Assembly (NCBI RefSeq): GCF_009914755.1
Contig: NC_060925.1
Strand: one strand, 5' to 3'
Length of the DNA: 64,000 bases
From: the human T2T-CHM13v2.0 reference genome, Homo sapiens
The notes under the pieces: generated by a model
What the model was told of the DNA's origin: nothing
What the model saw: the letters and a program-made list of their open reading frames with translations, nothing else
Database searches by the model: none
Part shown: piece after piece, positions 1 through 15,530 of the stretch
Layout of the letters: each line of letters starts with the position of its first letter
Position numbering within the stretch: the first letter of the stretch is position 1
Program-made: the position numbers and the translations under genes

Positions 1-761
1 AGCTGTACCTTGGCTCCTTTTAGCCCTGGCTAGAGCACTGTGATGTAGGGCACGAAGTCTCTAGGTTGCACACAGCAGGAGGGCCCTGGGTCTGGCCCAA
101 GAAATCATTTTTTTCTTCCTAGGCCTCTGGGCCTGTGATGGAAGGGGCTGCCTCAAAGGTCTCTGACATGCTGTGGGGACATTTTCCCCATTGTCCTGGC
201 AATTAACCTTTTGGCTTCTCATTACTTATGCAAATTTTTGCAGCCAGCTTGAATTTCTCCTTAGAAAATGTTTTCTTTTTTGTATTGCATCATCAGGCTG
301 CAAATTTTCCAAACTTTTATGCTCTGTTTCCTTGTTAAAACTGAATACTTTTAACAGCACCCAAGTCACCTCTTGAATGCTTTGCTATTTAGAAATTTCT
401 TCCACCAGACACCCTAAATCATCTCCCTCAAGTTCAAAGTTCCACAGATCTCTACGGCAGGGGCAAAATGCCGCCAGTCTCTTTGACAAAACATAGCAAG
501 AATCACCTTTACTCCAGTTCCCAACAAGTTTCTCATCTCCATCTGAGACCACTTCAGCCTGGATTTCACTGTCTATATCATTATCACCATTTTGGTCAAA
601 GACATTCAACAAATCTCTAGGGAGTTCCAAACTTTCCCAAATTTTCCTGTCTCCTTCTGAGCCCTCCGAACGTTCCAACCTCTACCTGTTACCCAGTTCC
701 AATGTCTCTTTCACATTTTTGGGTATCATTTCAACAGCACCCCACTCCCAGTATCAATTTA
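1..761 (-). mobile_element. THE1 (ERVL-MaLR) internal region, continues off the left edge
   Basis: Matches recalled THE1-int sequence. ORF 385-678(-) (…WESLELPRDLLN…QAEVVSDGDEKLVGNWSKGDSCY…) is the typical MaLR internal ORF fossil. Ends at the canonical int/LTR junction …caatttac|t.ttagtcc. Confidence 0.9.
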
Positions 762-1122
762 CTTTTTTAGTCCGTTTTCACAGGGCTGGTAAAGACATAC
801 TAAGACTGGGCAATTTACAAAAGAAAGAGGTTTAATGGACTCACAGTTCCATACTGCTTGGGAGGCCAAACAATCATGGCAGAAGGTAAAAGACACATAT
901 CATATAGCGGCAAACAAGAGAAGACAGCTCGTGCATCAAAACTCCACTTTATAAAACCATCGGACCTCATGAGACTTATTCAGTATCAGGGGAATACCAT
1001 GGGAAAGACTCGCCCTCATGATTCCATTACCTCCCACCAGGTAGCTTTTGTGACACGTGGGAATTGTGGGAGCTACAATTCAAGAGGAGATTCGGGTGAG
1101 GACATAGCCCAAACCGGTATCA
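762..1122 (-). mobile_element. THE1 (THE1B/C-like) 5' LTR
   Basis: About 360 bp, tagtccgttttca…aaagaggtttaatggactcacagttcca…gcccaaacc..tatca, the reverse complement of the THE1 LTR (TGATA start). Confidence 0.9.
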
Positions 1123-1262
1123 GGGCACTAATTTAATACATGAGGGGGTCTGCGCTGTTGACATAATGCTTCCCAAATGCCCCACCTTCTAATACCATCA
1201 TAGAGGGGGATGGAATTTTACCATATGAATTTCTGGGAGACCCAAACATTGTGTCCACACAT
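1123..1262 (-). mobile_element. MLT1A/MST-type MaLR LTR remnant (5' part) interrupted by THE1
   Basis: ggcactaat…catgagggg…ccccaccttctaataccatca…atatgaattt…caaacatt resembles the MLT1A LTR end. Confidence 0.7.
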
Positions 1263-1709
1263 AATCCTTCTTATTACTAATCTTTTTATTTGAGTGTCAA
1301 GCTACACTAATGAAAACAGACCCAGAGTTATACCTATTTGATTAACAATACTGAACTGGTCAGGATCAATTAAGTAAATAAATAAATGTTTCCTTGCAAG
1401 CATACACCAACCAGGCACATTCGCTTACTACCTTCTGCAACACTAAATGCATGAAGATAAGGTCAAATAAATGAAAACACAAAGAAAGCAGATGGCCACA
1501 TATGTATCAGCCATATACAATGCAAGGGGAAAAAAAAGCACTCAGCACAGTAATAAGAGTGATGTTTCATGCAGATAACATTAAAATTTGCAATACAGAT
1601 GAACCTGTGACAATCCCTCTAATGCAAAAACTTTATAAAATGTACTCAGAAAACTTCATTCTTTCCATTTTTGTTCTGGTAAGCTAAATGGAAACAAGTC
1701 TATCAATAG

Positions 1710-2022
<313 letters not shown>

Positions 2023-2099
2023 GACCTATCAGTAGTTTTAATAATATTTGTGTATATATTCACATAGATCTCTCTGTTTCTTTTTCTTGATATATTTTT

Positions 2100-2950
2100 C
2101 AAAGCCTGTAATTCTCTGCAAGAGAAGGATCTTTTTTATAATGTCCATAAAACCTTTCAAATTTCCTTCACATATTATCATAAAAATTAAATCTCAATAA
2201 ATAAAAACCACAGTTGTATAGGCTGAATTATCAGAATACAATGGTATTTAAGTAAAAGTAACAGATGGTGAGAAAGAAAGATTATGTAATACCCTAAAAT
2301 TTGAGAGTAAAGATAAATGTTTAAAATTCATTTTGCATCAAAAGGAAAATCAAAATTAAGATTGCAGATTACCTAAAAATGGTGAAAATTAAAGATATAA
2401 ATTTCAAAATGAGCAAAATAATGGAATAAAATAGATTAATATTTATAACTTTATTTTATTATTAAAACAGAGTATAATAATGTTAATAAAGTTTTAAAAT
2501 ATAAATCCTTCTTATAATGAAACAGTATAAAAATCATTTAACTCAAATTTTAAAATATTTATTTTACTGGTTAAGTTAAACTTGTAAATCAAGATAAGCA
2601 TTATACAAAATGAAGAAAGCAACAGGAAACATAATAATTATAAAATATAGATTGAAAATGTTTGAAATCAATACATAAGTATAAAATACACCAGGACAAA
2701 TGAATTGTGCAAAAGTTAAGAAAAAAGAGAACAAATATAAAAAATTACACAACATTAAAAATGAGTTAGCTACCAATATAAAGATTTTTCAAAATCCTAA
2801 GACTGATTCATACCTATCTTTGGGCAATAGGTAACACCAGCAGATGGAATATTTATCAGAAAATTACATATTTTCAAATACAGCGAAGAAAAAAGAAGGA
2901 AAAATAAAACTATATACACAGAAATAAAATTACATGCTTTAAAATGATTA
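2100..2950 (+). mobile_element. Highly decayed ancient L1 (L1M) ORF2 remnant
   Basis: A-rich strand with scattered similarity to the L1 endonuclease/linker region (ctcaataaat…aatacaatggtatt…caaaaggaaaatcaaaatt). Confidence 0.4.
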
Positions 2951-3210
2951 TTATCAAAAAGTAATTTACCAATAATTTTTTTAAGTAAAGGTTATTAAAT
3001 TTTCAAAATAAATGATTACTCTTATGTTAGTTAAATTAATTTCTCTTATTTTACACCTACCATTTTCACTTAACTATATATAAGTAAACATATATATGGT
3101 ACCACAAGTTCCTAAATATCTTTTTCTCTTTATTATAAATATAAACATCTTAATTTTCATTACATGACTATTGATAAGCAGTGATACAGTTTTCCTGCAA
3201 GAATTTCATT

Positions 3211-4343
<1,133 letters not shown>

Positions 4344-5596
4344 ACACACCTGACAAAAACAAGAAATGGGGAAAAGATTCCCCATTTAATAAATCATGAT
4401 GAGAAAACTGGCTAGCCATATGTAGAAAGCTGAAACTTTCGAGATGGATTAAAGACTTAAATGTTAGACCTAAAATCATAAAAACCCTAGAAGAAAACCT
4501 AGGCAATACCATTCAGGACATAGGCATGGGCAAAGACTTCATGACTAAAGCACCAAAAGCAATGGCAACAAAAGCCAAAATTGACAAATGGAATCTAATT
4601 AAAATAAAGCATTTCTGCACAATAAAACAAACTATCATCAGAGTGAACAGGCAACCTACAGAATGAAGAAAATTTTTGCAATCTATCCAACTGACAAAGG
4701 GCTAATATCCAGAATCTACAAATAACTTAAAGAAATTTACAAGAAAAAAAAAATAACCCCATCAAAAAGTGGGCAAAGGATATGAACAGACACTTCTCAA
4801 AAGAAGAAATTTATGCAGCCAATAGACACATGAAAAAATGCTCATCATCACCGGTCATCAGAGAAATGCAAATCAAAACCACATTGAGATACCATCTCAC
4901 ATCAGTTAAAATGGTTGATCATTAAAAATCAGGAAACAACAGATGCTGGAGAGGATGTGGAGAAATAGGAATGCTTTTACACTGTTGTTGGGAGTGTAAA
5001 TTAGTTCAACCATTGTGGAAGATAGTGTGGTGATTCCTCAAGGATCTAGAACTAGAAATACCATTTGACCCAGTGATCCCATTACTGGGTATATACCCAA
5101 AGGATTATAAATCATGCTACTATAAAGACACATGCACATGTACATTTATTGCAGCACTATTCACAATAGCAAAGACTTGGAACCAAGCCAAATGTCCAAC
5201 AATGATAGACTGGATGAAGAAAATGTGGCACATATACACCATGGAATACTATGCAGCCATTAAAAAGGATGAGTTCATGTCTTTGCAGGGACATGGATAA
5301 AGCTGGAAACCATCATTCTCAGTAACTATCACAAGGACAGAAAGTCAAACACCACATGTTCTCATTCATAGGTGGGAATTGAACAATGAGAACACTTGGA
5401 CACAGGGCGGGGAACATCACACATCCGGGACTCTCAGGGGGTGGGGGCTGGGGGAGGGATAACATTAGGAGAAATACATAATGTAAATGATAAGTTGATG
5501 GGCGCAGCAAACCAACATGGCACATGTATACCTATGTAACTAACCTGCATGTTGTGCATATGTACCCTAGAACTTAAAGTATTATAATAATAATAA
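4344..5596 (+). mobile_element. L1PA (about PA5-7) 3' end: ORF2 C-terminus, 3'UTR and (TAA)n tail
   Basis: ORF 5073-5300 (IPLLGIYPKDYKSC…WMKKMWHIYTMEYYAAIKKDEFMS), G-rich 3'UTR, tail, then TSD aagaatttcgtt (5597-5608). Confidence 0.95.
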
Positions 5597-5989
5597 AAGA
5601 ATTTCGTTAGCCAATTAAATTACTTAGTTTTTTAAACATTTCCATTTTTTTCACTTTAAAATGCCAACTGTAATTATGCAGCTTGGATGCATCAAAATTA
5701 TATTTTTCACTTATTTTGTTTCATGGCTAATGCATTTATCTATTTTATCAGTATTTTATTTTACCAACCACTATTTTATTTTCAGGATTGGTGGTTATAT
5801 TTTTTATTTTAAATTAAATATTTTTCCCTGTACTACTTATTGCAAGTTTTAGTAAGTAATTAATAGTTTGTTGTAAGGATATGTTTACTGCAGTGTTGCT
5901 TTCCCCTTCGCTTTTCAGATCACATAATTTGGAGAAAATATAAGGCAAATTTTAGTGTGAAAATATGATCACAGCACAGAGAGACTATT

Positions 5990-6620
5990 ATTACTAGTTA
6001 TGAACTACTGGTATTAGATTTCCCCTCCTGTTGAATAACCATAAAACTAGAAAAAATGTGTGCAGCAACTCTTTTCAGGTATTAGACAATAGATGGCATA
6101 AGACTGTAATGCCTGAGCAAAAAAAAAAAAAAAAAAAAAGAAAAAGAAAGAAGAAAAACAACCACAAAGTGAGTTTTACATTCATTCTTGCACTCTGCCT
6201 TGAAACAATTTTCAGATATCTGCACAGGGAGCATGGGAGATAGACTCTAAGGTCATGCCATTCCCACTGAGCTAAGGAGCCAGATATTGAAGTTCAGAGC
6301 TGCTGAAGCAGCTACAACATGTAAAGTAGGTTATTTACCATTGGAAAGGGAGATGAAAGGTAGGCTTCAATAAAGATGTGTAATTATTCCCCATCATCCC
6401 TGTTGAGAGCTGGGTTGCAAATAAGGTAAAGAGCACCATAAGCCCCATAAGCCCTTGCAGAAAGTTGCTACTACAGGGTTTAGAAGAGAAAGTTAATCAA
6501 GATTGTACAGTGCTTAGGGATATTGAGGGTATACACATGCTAGAGTAAAGTGATATGCTAAATACTCAGGGAATTAGTTTTAGGAGCAAGAAAAGTCATT
6601 GAGGAGTATTGCTTTTGGCC
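5990..6620 (+). mobile_element. Ancient L1 (L1ME/L1MD-type) 5' region with internal poly(A) expansion
   Basis: gcaactcttttcaggtattagacaat…gactgtaatgcctgag…cactgagctaaggag..agatattgaagttcag matches recalled L1MEc/L1MDa-type 5' sequence. Confidence 0.6.
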
Positions 6621-6626
6621 AAAAAC

Positions 6627-7053
6627 TGTGTGTGATCCTTCAGGCCCAAACATGGGCAATTACACAGAATTATCTGGCAGGTTTCATGAGGGAAAGCTAC
6701 CCTCCCAACACCAGACTTGGTGCACAGTCAATGCACTGCAGTCTCTAAAGGGAAGCAGTGCAGCCAAGAGCTCAGGCCTCATGCTTCTCTAGCCCATCAT
6801 ACATTTTGCATATCTACATCCTAGCCCCTGTACCTTCTTTCCTAGGCCTCTTTATCTGAGGCCTTGGACAGAGGTATTACTCAGTCACCTGTGCTGAGGC
6901 CTCCTTTGAGGGTAGTAAGGAGATCTTTAAGGACATTTTATCTATCCTGACTCAGTACCTAGTACTTTTGCACTCCTAGCCCTCCTCCCCTTGCTGTCTC
7001 CCCAGGGCCTATAAAGCTTCCAGAGCCTTTTGTTTGGGGCTCCCTGGACAGTA
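6627..7053 (+). mobile_element. ERVL-class LTR fragment (MER54/MER73/MER74/LTR53-like)
   Basis: GC-elevated block with TATA-like ctataaag (about 7009) followed by gccttttgtttggggctcc, typical of this LTR group. Confidence 0.45.
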
Positions 7054-8500
7054 AGATGACCCATGAATATGGTCAACTTATCTTTGATAAAGGAGCAAAT
7101 GCAATGCAATTAAGCAAATATAATTTTTGAGCAAATAGTACTAGAACAACTGGACATCTACATGAGAAAAATAATAGTCTAGGCACAGAATTTACACCAT
7201 TCAGAAAAATTAACTCAATGTATACCATAGACCTAAAGGCAAAAGGAAAAGCTATAAAATTCCTTGCCAGGAGAAAACTTAGATGACCTTGGTTATGGCA
7301 ATGTCTTTTTAGCTACAACAGGAGAGACAAAATCTATAAAATAAACTATTGATAAGCAATAAAATTAAAAACTTCTGCTCTGTGAAAGACATTGTCAAAA
7401 GAGTGAGAAGACAAACCAAAGACTGGGAAAAATTATTTGCAAAAGACGTATCTGGTAAAGGAGGTTTATCCAAAATATATAAATAACTCAAACTCAACAA
7501 TAAGAAAACTCAAAAAATAGGCAAATAAACTGAACAGACACATCTCCAAAGAAAATATATAGATGCTAAGTAGCATACGAAAAGGTATTCAATATCATAT
7601 GTCACTAAGCAACTGCAAATTAAGACAACAATATGATACCACTATGTACTTATTAAGTGGCCAAAATCCAGAACACTGACAACATCAAAAGCTGACAAGG
7701 AAGTGGAGCAACAGGAACTCTCATTCACTGCTGATGAGAAGATAAATAGTATAGCCACTTTTGAAGACACTTTAAGTTTCTTATAAAACCAGACTTATTT
7801 TTATCATACAATCCAGTGATAATGTTCCTTAATACTTATTCAGATGAATGAGAACTTATGTCCACACAAAAACCTGCACATGGCTGTTTATAGCAGCTTT
7901 ATATGTAAACCTGGAAGCAATACAATATTCTTAAATAGCTGAATGGATAAATAAACGGTAGTACATCAAGATAATAAAATAACTATTTGGTGCTCAAAAG
8001 AAATGAGCTATTAAGCTATGAAAAGACACTGAAGAAAGATAAATGCATATTACTAAGTGAATGAAGCCAATATAAAAAGCTACATATTGTGTGATACCAG
8101 ATACAACATTCTGGAAAAAGCAAAAGTATGCAAACAGTAAAAATATCAGTGGTTGCCAACTGGGTGGAGGAGAGAGAGGAATAAGTAGAGTACGATAATT
8201 TTTAAGGCAAAAGAATTTTCCTGTATGATATTTCAATGGTGAATACATGTCATTACACATTTGTCAACATCTATAGACAGCATATCACTAGAGTAAATCC
8301 TAATGTAAATTATGAACTTTGGGTGATAAGGGTGTAACATAACTTCATCAATTGTAACAAATGTAGCACTGTGATGGAGAATGTCAATAGTGGGGGAGAT
8401 TGTGTGTGGATGGGGATGGGGTGTATGCAAATGCTCTGTACTTTCTGCTTAATTTTGCGGTTAACCTAACACTGCTCTTAGAAAGGTAAATTATTTATTA
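7054..8500 (+). mobile_element. L1MC1-like 3' end
   Basis: ORF2 tail plus the diagnostic 3'UTR (taatgtaaattatgaactttgggtgataa…catcaattgtaacaaatgtagcact…aacctaacactgctct). Confidence 0.85.
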
Positions 8501-8598
8501 TACTTAGTAATAGTTATTTATAATAACCATAATTCAGAATTATTTATTAATAAAAAATGTAAAAATGAAGACAGCTTGGGCAATCAAGAAGTTATGTC

Positions 8599-8603
8599 TG
8601 TGT

Positions 8604-8640
<37 letters not shown>
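8599..8640. repeat. (TG)n microsatellite
   Basis: About 20 TG units, one interruption. Confidence 0.95.
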
Positions 8641-8643
<3 letters not shown>

Positions 8644-9886
8644 TGAATTTCCTAAATGAATGAAGAGAGAGAAAGAGAGAGTGAGAGAGTATAGGAATAA
8701 GGGTTAGGGAAGTACATTGAAGAAATGATAATCAAAATTTTATTATATCTGTTGAAGTAAATTCAAAGTTCCAAGAAGGCAAACAAATCTCAAAGGGAAT
8801 TTTAAAAAGACTGCATGTCATAGTCAAGCTTCTGAAAAATAAAAAATAAATTTTTAAAGATCGATAGCATCTAGAGAGAAAGATCATATACTTAAAAAGT
8901 TATGAGACAGACGATTTCCTACATATTATTAGAAATCATAGAAGCCATAAGACCAAAAAAAAGCATACTTAAAGCAATAAAAAAGAAATAGAAACTGTTA
9001 ACTAAGGATTCTATATCAAGTAAATATATTCTTCAAAAGTGAAAGTGAAGTAAGGCCATTTTCAGATAAAAGAAAACTAAGGGAATATTTTGCTTGCAGA
9101 CCTGTTTTCAAGAACTAATGTAGAAACATCTTGATGAAGAAAGAAAATTATACCAGGTCAGAAACTTAGATGTGCAAGACAGGATAAAGAGAACCAAAAA
9201 AAGTAAATTTGTGGGTAATTATAATGGACTAGGTTTTTTTAACCTTATCTTGATATTATTAAAAGTGACATGATTGATAAAGCAAAAATACCACCACTGA
9301 AAAATGGGGAACATAATGTATCTATTTCACCGAGGATATGACAAGAAGAGATAATGAGAGTCCTAAAGACTGGAAAGGAAAAATTTTTATTAACAGACAA
9401 TATTATTGTCTGTCTTAATTATTCTAATGAGTTTACCAAAAAATGTTTGAAAAACAAAATTTAGTAAACTCACAGGATAAACAATCAATATAAAATAATC
9501 AATTATATTTGAAAATAGTTGTAATCCACAATTACTATAATTTTAAAGTAAATATTTCAATTAAAGAACGCCAGTATATAAAATATTTAGGAACAAATTT
9601 AACAAAATATGTGAAAATTATCTACATGGAAACTGATAAATGTTACTGTGAGAAATTAAACACAAACAAATTGTCACTTGAAAAAAATTGAGATAGGGTA
9701 ACAAGTTAGAAATCTTATAACACTAATTTTAAGAGGTATAATAATGTAGCTAAAAGTGACAATGTGTCATTGAAAAAGGATATATGTATATACATACTTG
9801 TATAAATCAGTGGAATAGAATAAAGAGCAGCAAAATAGACATAGATATTTAAGGTCAATTGATTTTCATAAAAATGCCAATGGAGC

Positions 9887-10489
<603 letters not shown>

Positions 10490-11157
10490 CTGTCAAGGTA
10501 ATTTAAAGGAAAAAAGGATAATCATTTTAACAAATGCTACCAGTATCATTTGTTTATATCAAATGATTATCGTTTTATCCTTTAAATTCCTGAGTAGCCA
10601 CATGAGAAAAACAAAATAAACTGAAACTTCATCCTCAAAGTTTACATAAAGTTTCATTCAAAGTAGATATGAACTAAAATGTGAAAGACACAAATATAAA
10701 ATTTTAGAAGAAAATCAAGGAATATTTTCATGAACTCGGTATAGGCAAGAGTATATTAGATGGAAGCAAAAGTTGTTACCAACAAAAAATTAATTATAAA
10801 AATTGTTACTTCTTAAAACATTTTGCTTTTCAAATGTTAGCACTAAACAAATAAAAGACAAAAGACAGCACTCAGGCTGGGAGAAATTTATACACACACA
10901 TACATACATATATGCATATGACCCAAAATATTACGTACAGATATATAACAAACACAGAAATATTAGAAGATCAGACTCTAATACAAATTATGTTTGAGAT
11001 CTCAAGAGATCCTTCACAAGTTATATAAATAGCTAATGTATACACATTTAAAGATGTTCAACATAATTAGGCAATAGAAAAATGGAAATTAAAACCACTG
11101 TTAGCTATAACTACACACCCACTGTAATGCAAAAAGTTTTTAAAAAGGACAGTACTA

Positions 11158-11519
<362 letters not shown>

Positions 11520-14500
11520 TTATGGGAGTATAAAATGGCCAACTAGAGAAAACAATTTACAAGTTTCTTAAAATTTAAATATTTGACCTAGAGATTCCAA
11601 TCTTAGGTATTTCCCCAAGATAAATTAAAACTTATATCTCCAAAAATATTATATACAAATGTTAATAGCAGTTTCATTTATAATAGCCCAATCTGTAATT
11701 AACCCAAATGTCTGTCAACAGGAGACTAAATAGGGAAAATAATGGTGAAATAATGTGAACAAATGGTGAAATGTTTGCTAATTCTAAATGGTGAAATAAC
11801 GTTTACATTTATAAAATGGAATACTATTCTTATATAAAAATGAAAAATATGAGATACACAGCATCATAAAATAATCATATAGATATTATATTGAGTAAAA
11901 TTATATTTTTAGCTACACAAAAAAATACATATTGGATTCTTCAGGATAATTTAAAGCACAAAAAAGAAATAAAAACTGTTAACTCAGGATTCTATATCTA
12001 ATCTATTTTACTAGATATAGAATCCTGAGTTATAAAAAGTACCCTGAGTTATATAAAATATGAAATTCAAGAATGGATATGGGGAGTGGGAGAAATATTT
12101 GCAAAGCTTTAGGGAACATTCAGGGAATAAGGAGATATTCATTTTATAAAGATTCATATTGCAATGTTGTATATATTGGTCAAATCTCAATTCCATTGAC
12201 AATAATAGATACATCTGTGTAACATACATTTTTCAAAAATTTAATTAATAAAGATTGTGCATTAAAAGTAGTGTCCTCTACAGGTCTATGTCCAAATTAG
12301 TAGTATTTCTAGAAAAAATATACAAAAAATAAATCCCAAATTAATTTAATGTTGATTCTGGAATAAATTCCATAAGAAAATAGTTTTGTATATTTAAAGA
12401 TGTATTCATAGAAAATCTTTATACTACCAGTTGGAGTAGCAATCCAAAACTCAAAAATTTGATTAAGTGTCATAATTTATCTACATATAATTCATTACTC
12501 TTAGGCCTTCAATTCTATGCCATAATAGTTACATTATGTTAAGTGAACAAACTGGTTATATAATGATAGGTGTAATAAGAATTCAGGCAAATGTTTAGGA
12601 AAAATATTCTGAGGCCAAAAGAGTAAAGAATATTTCTTCTTTACATCCAAAAATAAGTACATATTGTCTTAAAACTAACAAAGAAAACAAACTAATAAAA
12701 AATACAGACTGCAGTATTAGGCTTTAATTTAAAAAGAGCTTATTGATATAAATGTTCTTATATATTTTCCAATGACAGTACAAATAATAACTGCTTAAAT
12801 AATACACACAAATACACATTATATATTATTAAATATGCAAATGATAATAGCCTTTAACCTTGTAGAAACTTTATAATATAGCAAATTTTCTCATTCCTTT
12901 TCCTGAGGCTATATACATTTCCATTAAAAGGGAAAATTCTTTCAAACAAGGATCACATCACTGAATTTCATGGTTTGACACAACAAAATTTTTATAGCAT
13001 TCATTTGGATTTTCTTCCTAGTTAATATTATAATCCTTCCAAATGTATACAAATTATAATTAAACCAAGCATACACATTTAATCAATAATAGCACCTAGA
13101 AATGAACTCAAAATCCACTAATAAAAGTTATTAATTATTTAAGTTTTTTTATTGTGAATAACTTTAAATTCACTATATGCTGAGTCAGAAAAACACTGGC
13201 CTAGGGTTTATTATCTTTGCATTATTTATTTTAAAAGATTTGGCAAATAATAACATGAACAAGATATGAGGAAGAAAATGTTCTATTTAGGGAAACAATC
13301 TCATTTCAATGAAATTAGAAGCAATGATTTGCATACCAATATAATTAAAAATGTGCCTTATTTGTGCAATAAATACGGTTTGGCAAGATTTCTACCTGGC
13401 AGTGTTTGTACATTAACTTTAATTGCTGAATGCCCTGGGAATGACTGAAAGTCTTTCTTTAAAAATAATTGACGTTTCAGATTATGATGATGCTTCCTCT
13501 AGTTGGGCTGAATTAATAGAATTTCATCTTGTCTTTATCAGTGATTCCTAAGTATTTTTATTTTCTTTACAGAGGCTAATCCCTGTCAATAACAGATTTT
13601 AAAATGGTGCTTTTCATTGTGAAGCAGTAAGCTCACAGTCAATGTAAAAGTGAAATCAAATGCTAAGTGACTTAACAGGAAGATAATAGGCTGTGAGACA
13701 TAATCTTTAGACACTAGAGTTCTATTATTTAATATTTTATTAGTAAATAAAATATAGTTTACACTATTACTGAATTCAATAATATTGTTTGAAAGTTTAT
13801 TTTTTAACCAATGATTTTGCTGTAGTGAGATGCCATTCTCCTGAATCTGAATAATATACCCATGTCACACCTGTCTAAAAAGTCACATAACAAATTCAAT
13901 GAATTCAGGAAAGCATTCCTACAGTTTATTGCCTTCCATAAATAAATGCAATAACTCATAATCCCCTTAGAGATACGCCCCCAAATGAAGAGGTTTGTAT
14001 CATTCCGAAATGGTACAGTGGGACAGTAATTTTATTCAGAAAGATGTACTCTTCCCCTTTCAACTATCTCATTTTGCATAACATTGTTGCCTCTGGGTCA
14101 AGAATAAAAACTTGTGATTGAAAGAAAAAATAACTTGGGAAATAGTCCTGTCAGTCATGTCATTTCTGAATAATAATAATGGTGATAATGATAAATATAT
14201 TTTAGAGCACTGTTCTCTCTAAAAGTTCAAAGCATCTATGAAGGTCAAGAACAGAGAGTTACACCCTTATTCATTCTACCTGATACAAGACTACAGTGGT
14301 ATAATGTGGCAAAAGTATTTATATAAAAGGGCACTTTTCTCAATGATTGACAATGGTTCTCTAAGAGCTGTGTGTCTGTCATCACCAGAATAGCTACTTA
14401 GCTGAAGACCACAATTATTAAAGGCTATTGGAATCCATTTGCATGTGTGCATGCCGTGTGTGTGTCTATGCATGTGCACAACAGAGTTTCTAAATAAATG

Positions 14501-15189
14501 GGACAAAAGTAATACAATTTAATCAACCAGGGCAGTTTATTATAAGTATTTTAAGGAAATACACTTTTTTTCTGGGATAAGTCATAATATGTTTGATTCA
14601 GCATAGATTGGATTCCAGGTGAATCAAAAAGCTGCCTTAAATATAAAAATGCTTATTTGGGGATAGGTAAGATATTGCTGAATATTTGCAGTATAATGCT
14701 ATTTAATTTCAGTTAAACATATACTTATTCTATATGTTTTTCATAAAATTGAGCTCTTTATTAATCATTTAAGAAGTGAAAGACCTTTTTTAGTATTGAA
14801 AGATAAATATGATAATTCCAACGACTCTTGTAATATTGGATGAGAATATGAATGCTCGTTATAGAATACTGTATTTGTTTTATCTGCTATAAAGTGTTCA
14901 ATTACAAATGTAAATCATTTTGTCTTCATTTTGGCTTTATCACCCACTTCTGTGATCATTAATTTGTGAATGGTGATCTTACTGATCTGTATCTCTTTAT
15001 CTTAATTGACTTTTTATTTCAAATATAGATCCCCCAAAATAAGCATATGGCTAATTTATTTAAAAATTTAAAAAGGTAATTAATATGTATTATGTATTTT
15101 AAGACACATACCATTATTTGAACTGATATAGAAATTGTTATAATATTCAATGCTTTTATATATTATGAAAATTTATGCATATTTTCCTC

Positions 15190-15530
15190 TGTCTTAGGCC
15201 AATATTCTAGAAAACAAACTGAGAAAACCTTAAGTGGCAATATTTAATTGGGTGTAATCTTTGGGTTCTGAGAGTGATGGCACAGTGATATGCGGCTGGG
15301 AGGAATGAGAAGCAAATGTATGGTGATATGTTACTGAGCTGGCTGCCACTTTGTGAAGAGCAGTGACTGTCACTGAGCCATGTGAGACAGCCCTAGGAAG
15401 TCCCTGGGAAGTGAGACAGTTATATAGAATTGGTTCCTATGGGCACTGGGATGGAGCAAGTGAACAAGGGCCCAGAAGACAGGTAAGTTTTAGCAAATAT
15501 TATGAAACACAGAAGATGTGCCCTATATAG
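15190..15530 (-). mobile_element. ERVL LTR (LTR41/LTR33-type), probable 3' LTR of a fossil provirus
   Basis: tgtcttagg…ttctagaaaaca…tgttactgagctggctgccact resembles the reverse-complemented LTR41-type 3' end. Confidence 0.6.

Noticed and set aside
385-678. 97-aa ORF with protein-like composition
   Set aside because: It is the fossil THE1/MaLR internal ORF, truncated by a stop; not a host gene.
5437-5458. G-quadruplex-like ggggtgggggctgggggaggg
   Set aside because: Ordinary L1PA 3'UTR G-tract present in thousands of copies.
13732-13755. 10-bp inverted repeat atattttatt/aataaaatat
   Set aside because: A/T only; expected by chance at this base composition.
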